Shown in pieces: positions 50,348 through 50,563 of a stretch of DNA of 50,563 bases. Position 1 is the first letter of the stretch, and each line of letters begins with the position of its first letter. Under the pieces are notes generated by a model. It ran no database searches. It had not been told where the DNA came from and was given only the letters and a program-made list of their open reading frames with translations. A program made the position numbers and the translations under genes. The DNA comes from Octopus bimaculoides (Eukaryota), in the NCBI RefSeq assembly GCF_001194135.2, contig NC_069006.1, positions 25,854,515 through 25,905,077 of the forward strand, in the 5' to 3' direction.

Positions 50348-50563
50348 ACACTACTACAGACAGTACACGGCTTTACCAAGGAAATAGAAATGAAATTCGG
50401 ATTAGAAAAATGTGCCAAAGCAACCCTGAAAAGAGGAAAATTAGTTAAAAGTAGCAATATAACACTAGATAAAGCCAATGAAATAAGAGAACTAGACGAA
50501 AGCCAACCATATAAGTATTTAGGAGTCAATGAACTAGATAGGATACAACATACACAAATGAAA
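50348..50563 (+). mobile_element. 5'-truncated non-LTR retrotransposon RT fragment, R4/Dong-like (RLE type); runs off the window end
   Basis: 72 stop-free codons: TLLQTVHGFTKEIEMKFGLEKCAKATLKRGKLVKSSNITLDKANEIRELDESQPYKYLGVNELDRIQHTQMK. F..EI.M.FGLEKCA and YKYLG match late RT motifs of R4/Dong-type elements. Begins immediately after an (AAT)n array. Not in the ORF track. Confidence 0.8.

Overview
Repeat-rich, AT-rich eukaryotic genomic DNA with 12 N-gaps. The SINE/MITE/microsatellite content points to an octopus (coleoid cephalopod) draft assembly; this is inferred from recalled repeat families, not from a search. Almost all six-frame ORFs are microsatellite or N-gap artefacts. The window looks like intronic/5' territory of one large + strand gene. 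It has one well-supported coding exon (23788-24081, AG/GT-bounded, phase 1/1) and a weaker candidate alternative first exon (ATG 32019 to donor 32220, also phase 1) downstream of a CTCF-like motif. I cannot name the gene. Mobile DNA includes at least four tRNA-SINE-like or tail-bearing retroposon families, a TTAA-flanked piggyBac-like MITE family (6-7 copies), a decayed mariner transposase (44883-45500), hAT-like ends, and an uninterrupted R4/Dong-like reverse-transcriptase fragment starting in a (TAA)n array at the window end. The most unusual structure is an ~85-bp-arm palindrome (28665-28920) whose arms each carry a minimal hammerhead-ribozyme core of the Penelope-like type. There are no prokaryotic features, CRISPR arrays, rRNA genes or genuine tRNA genes.
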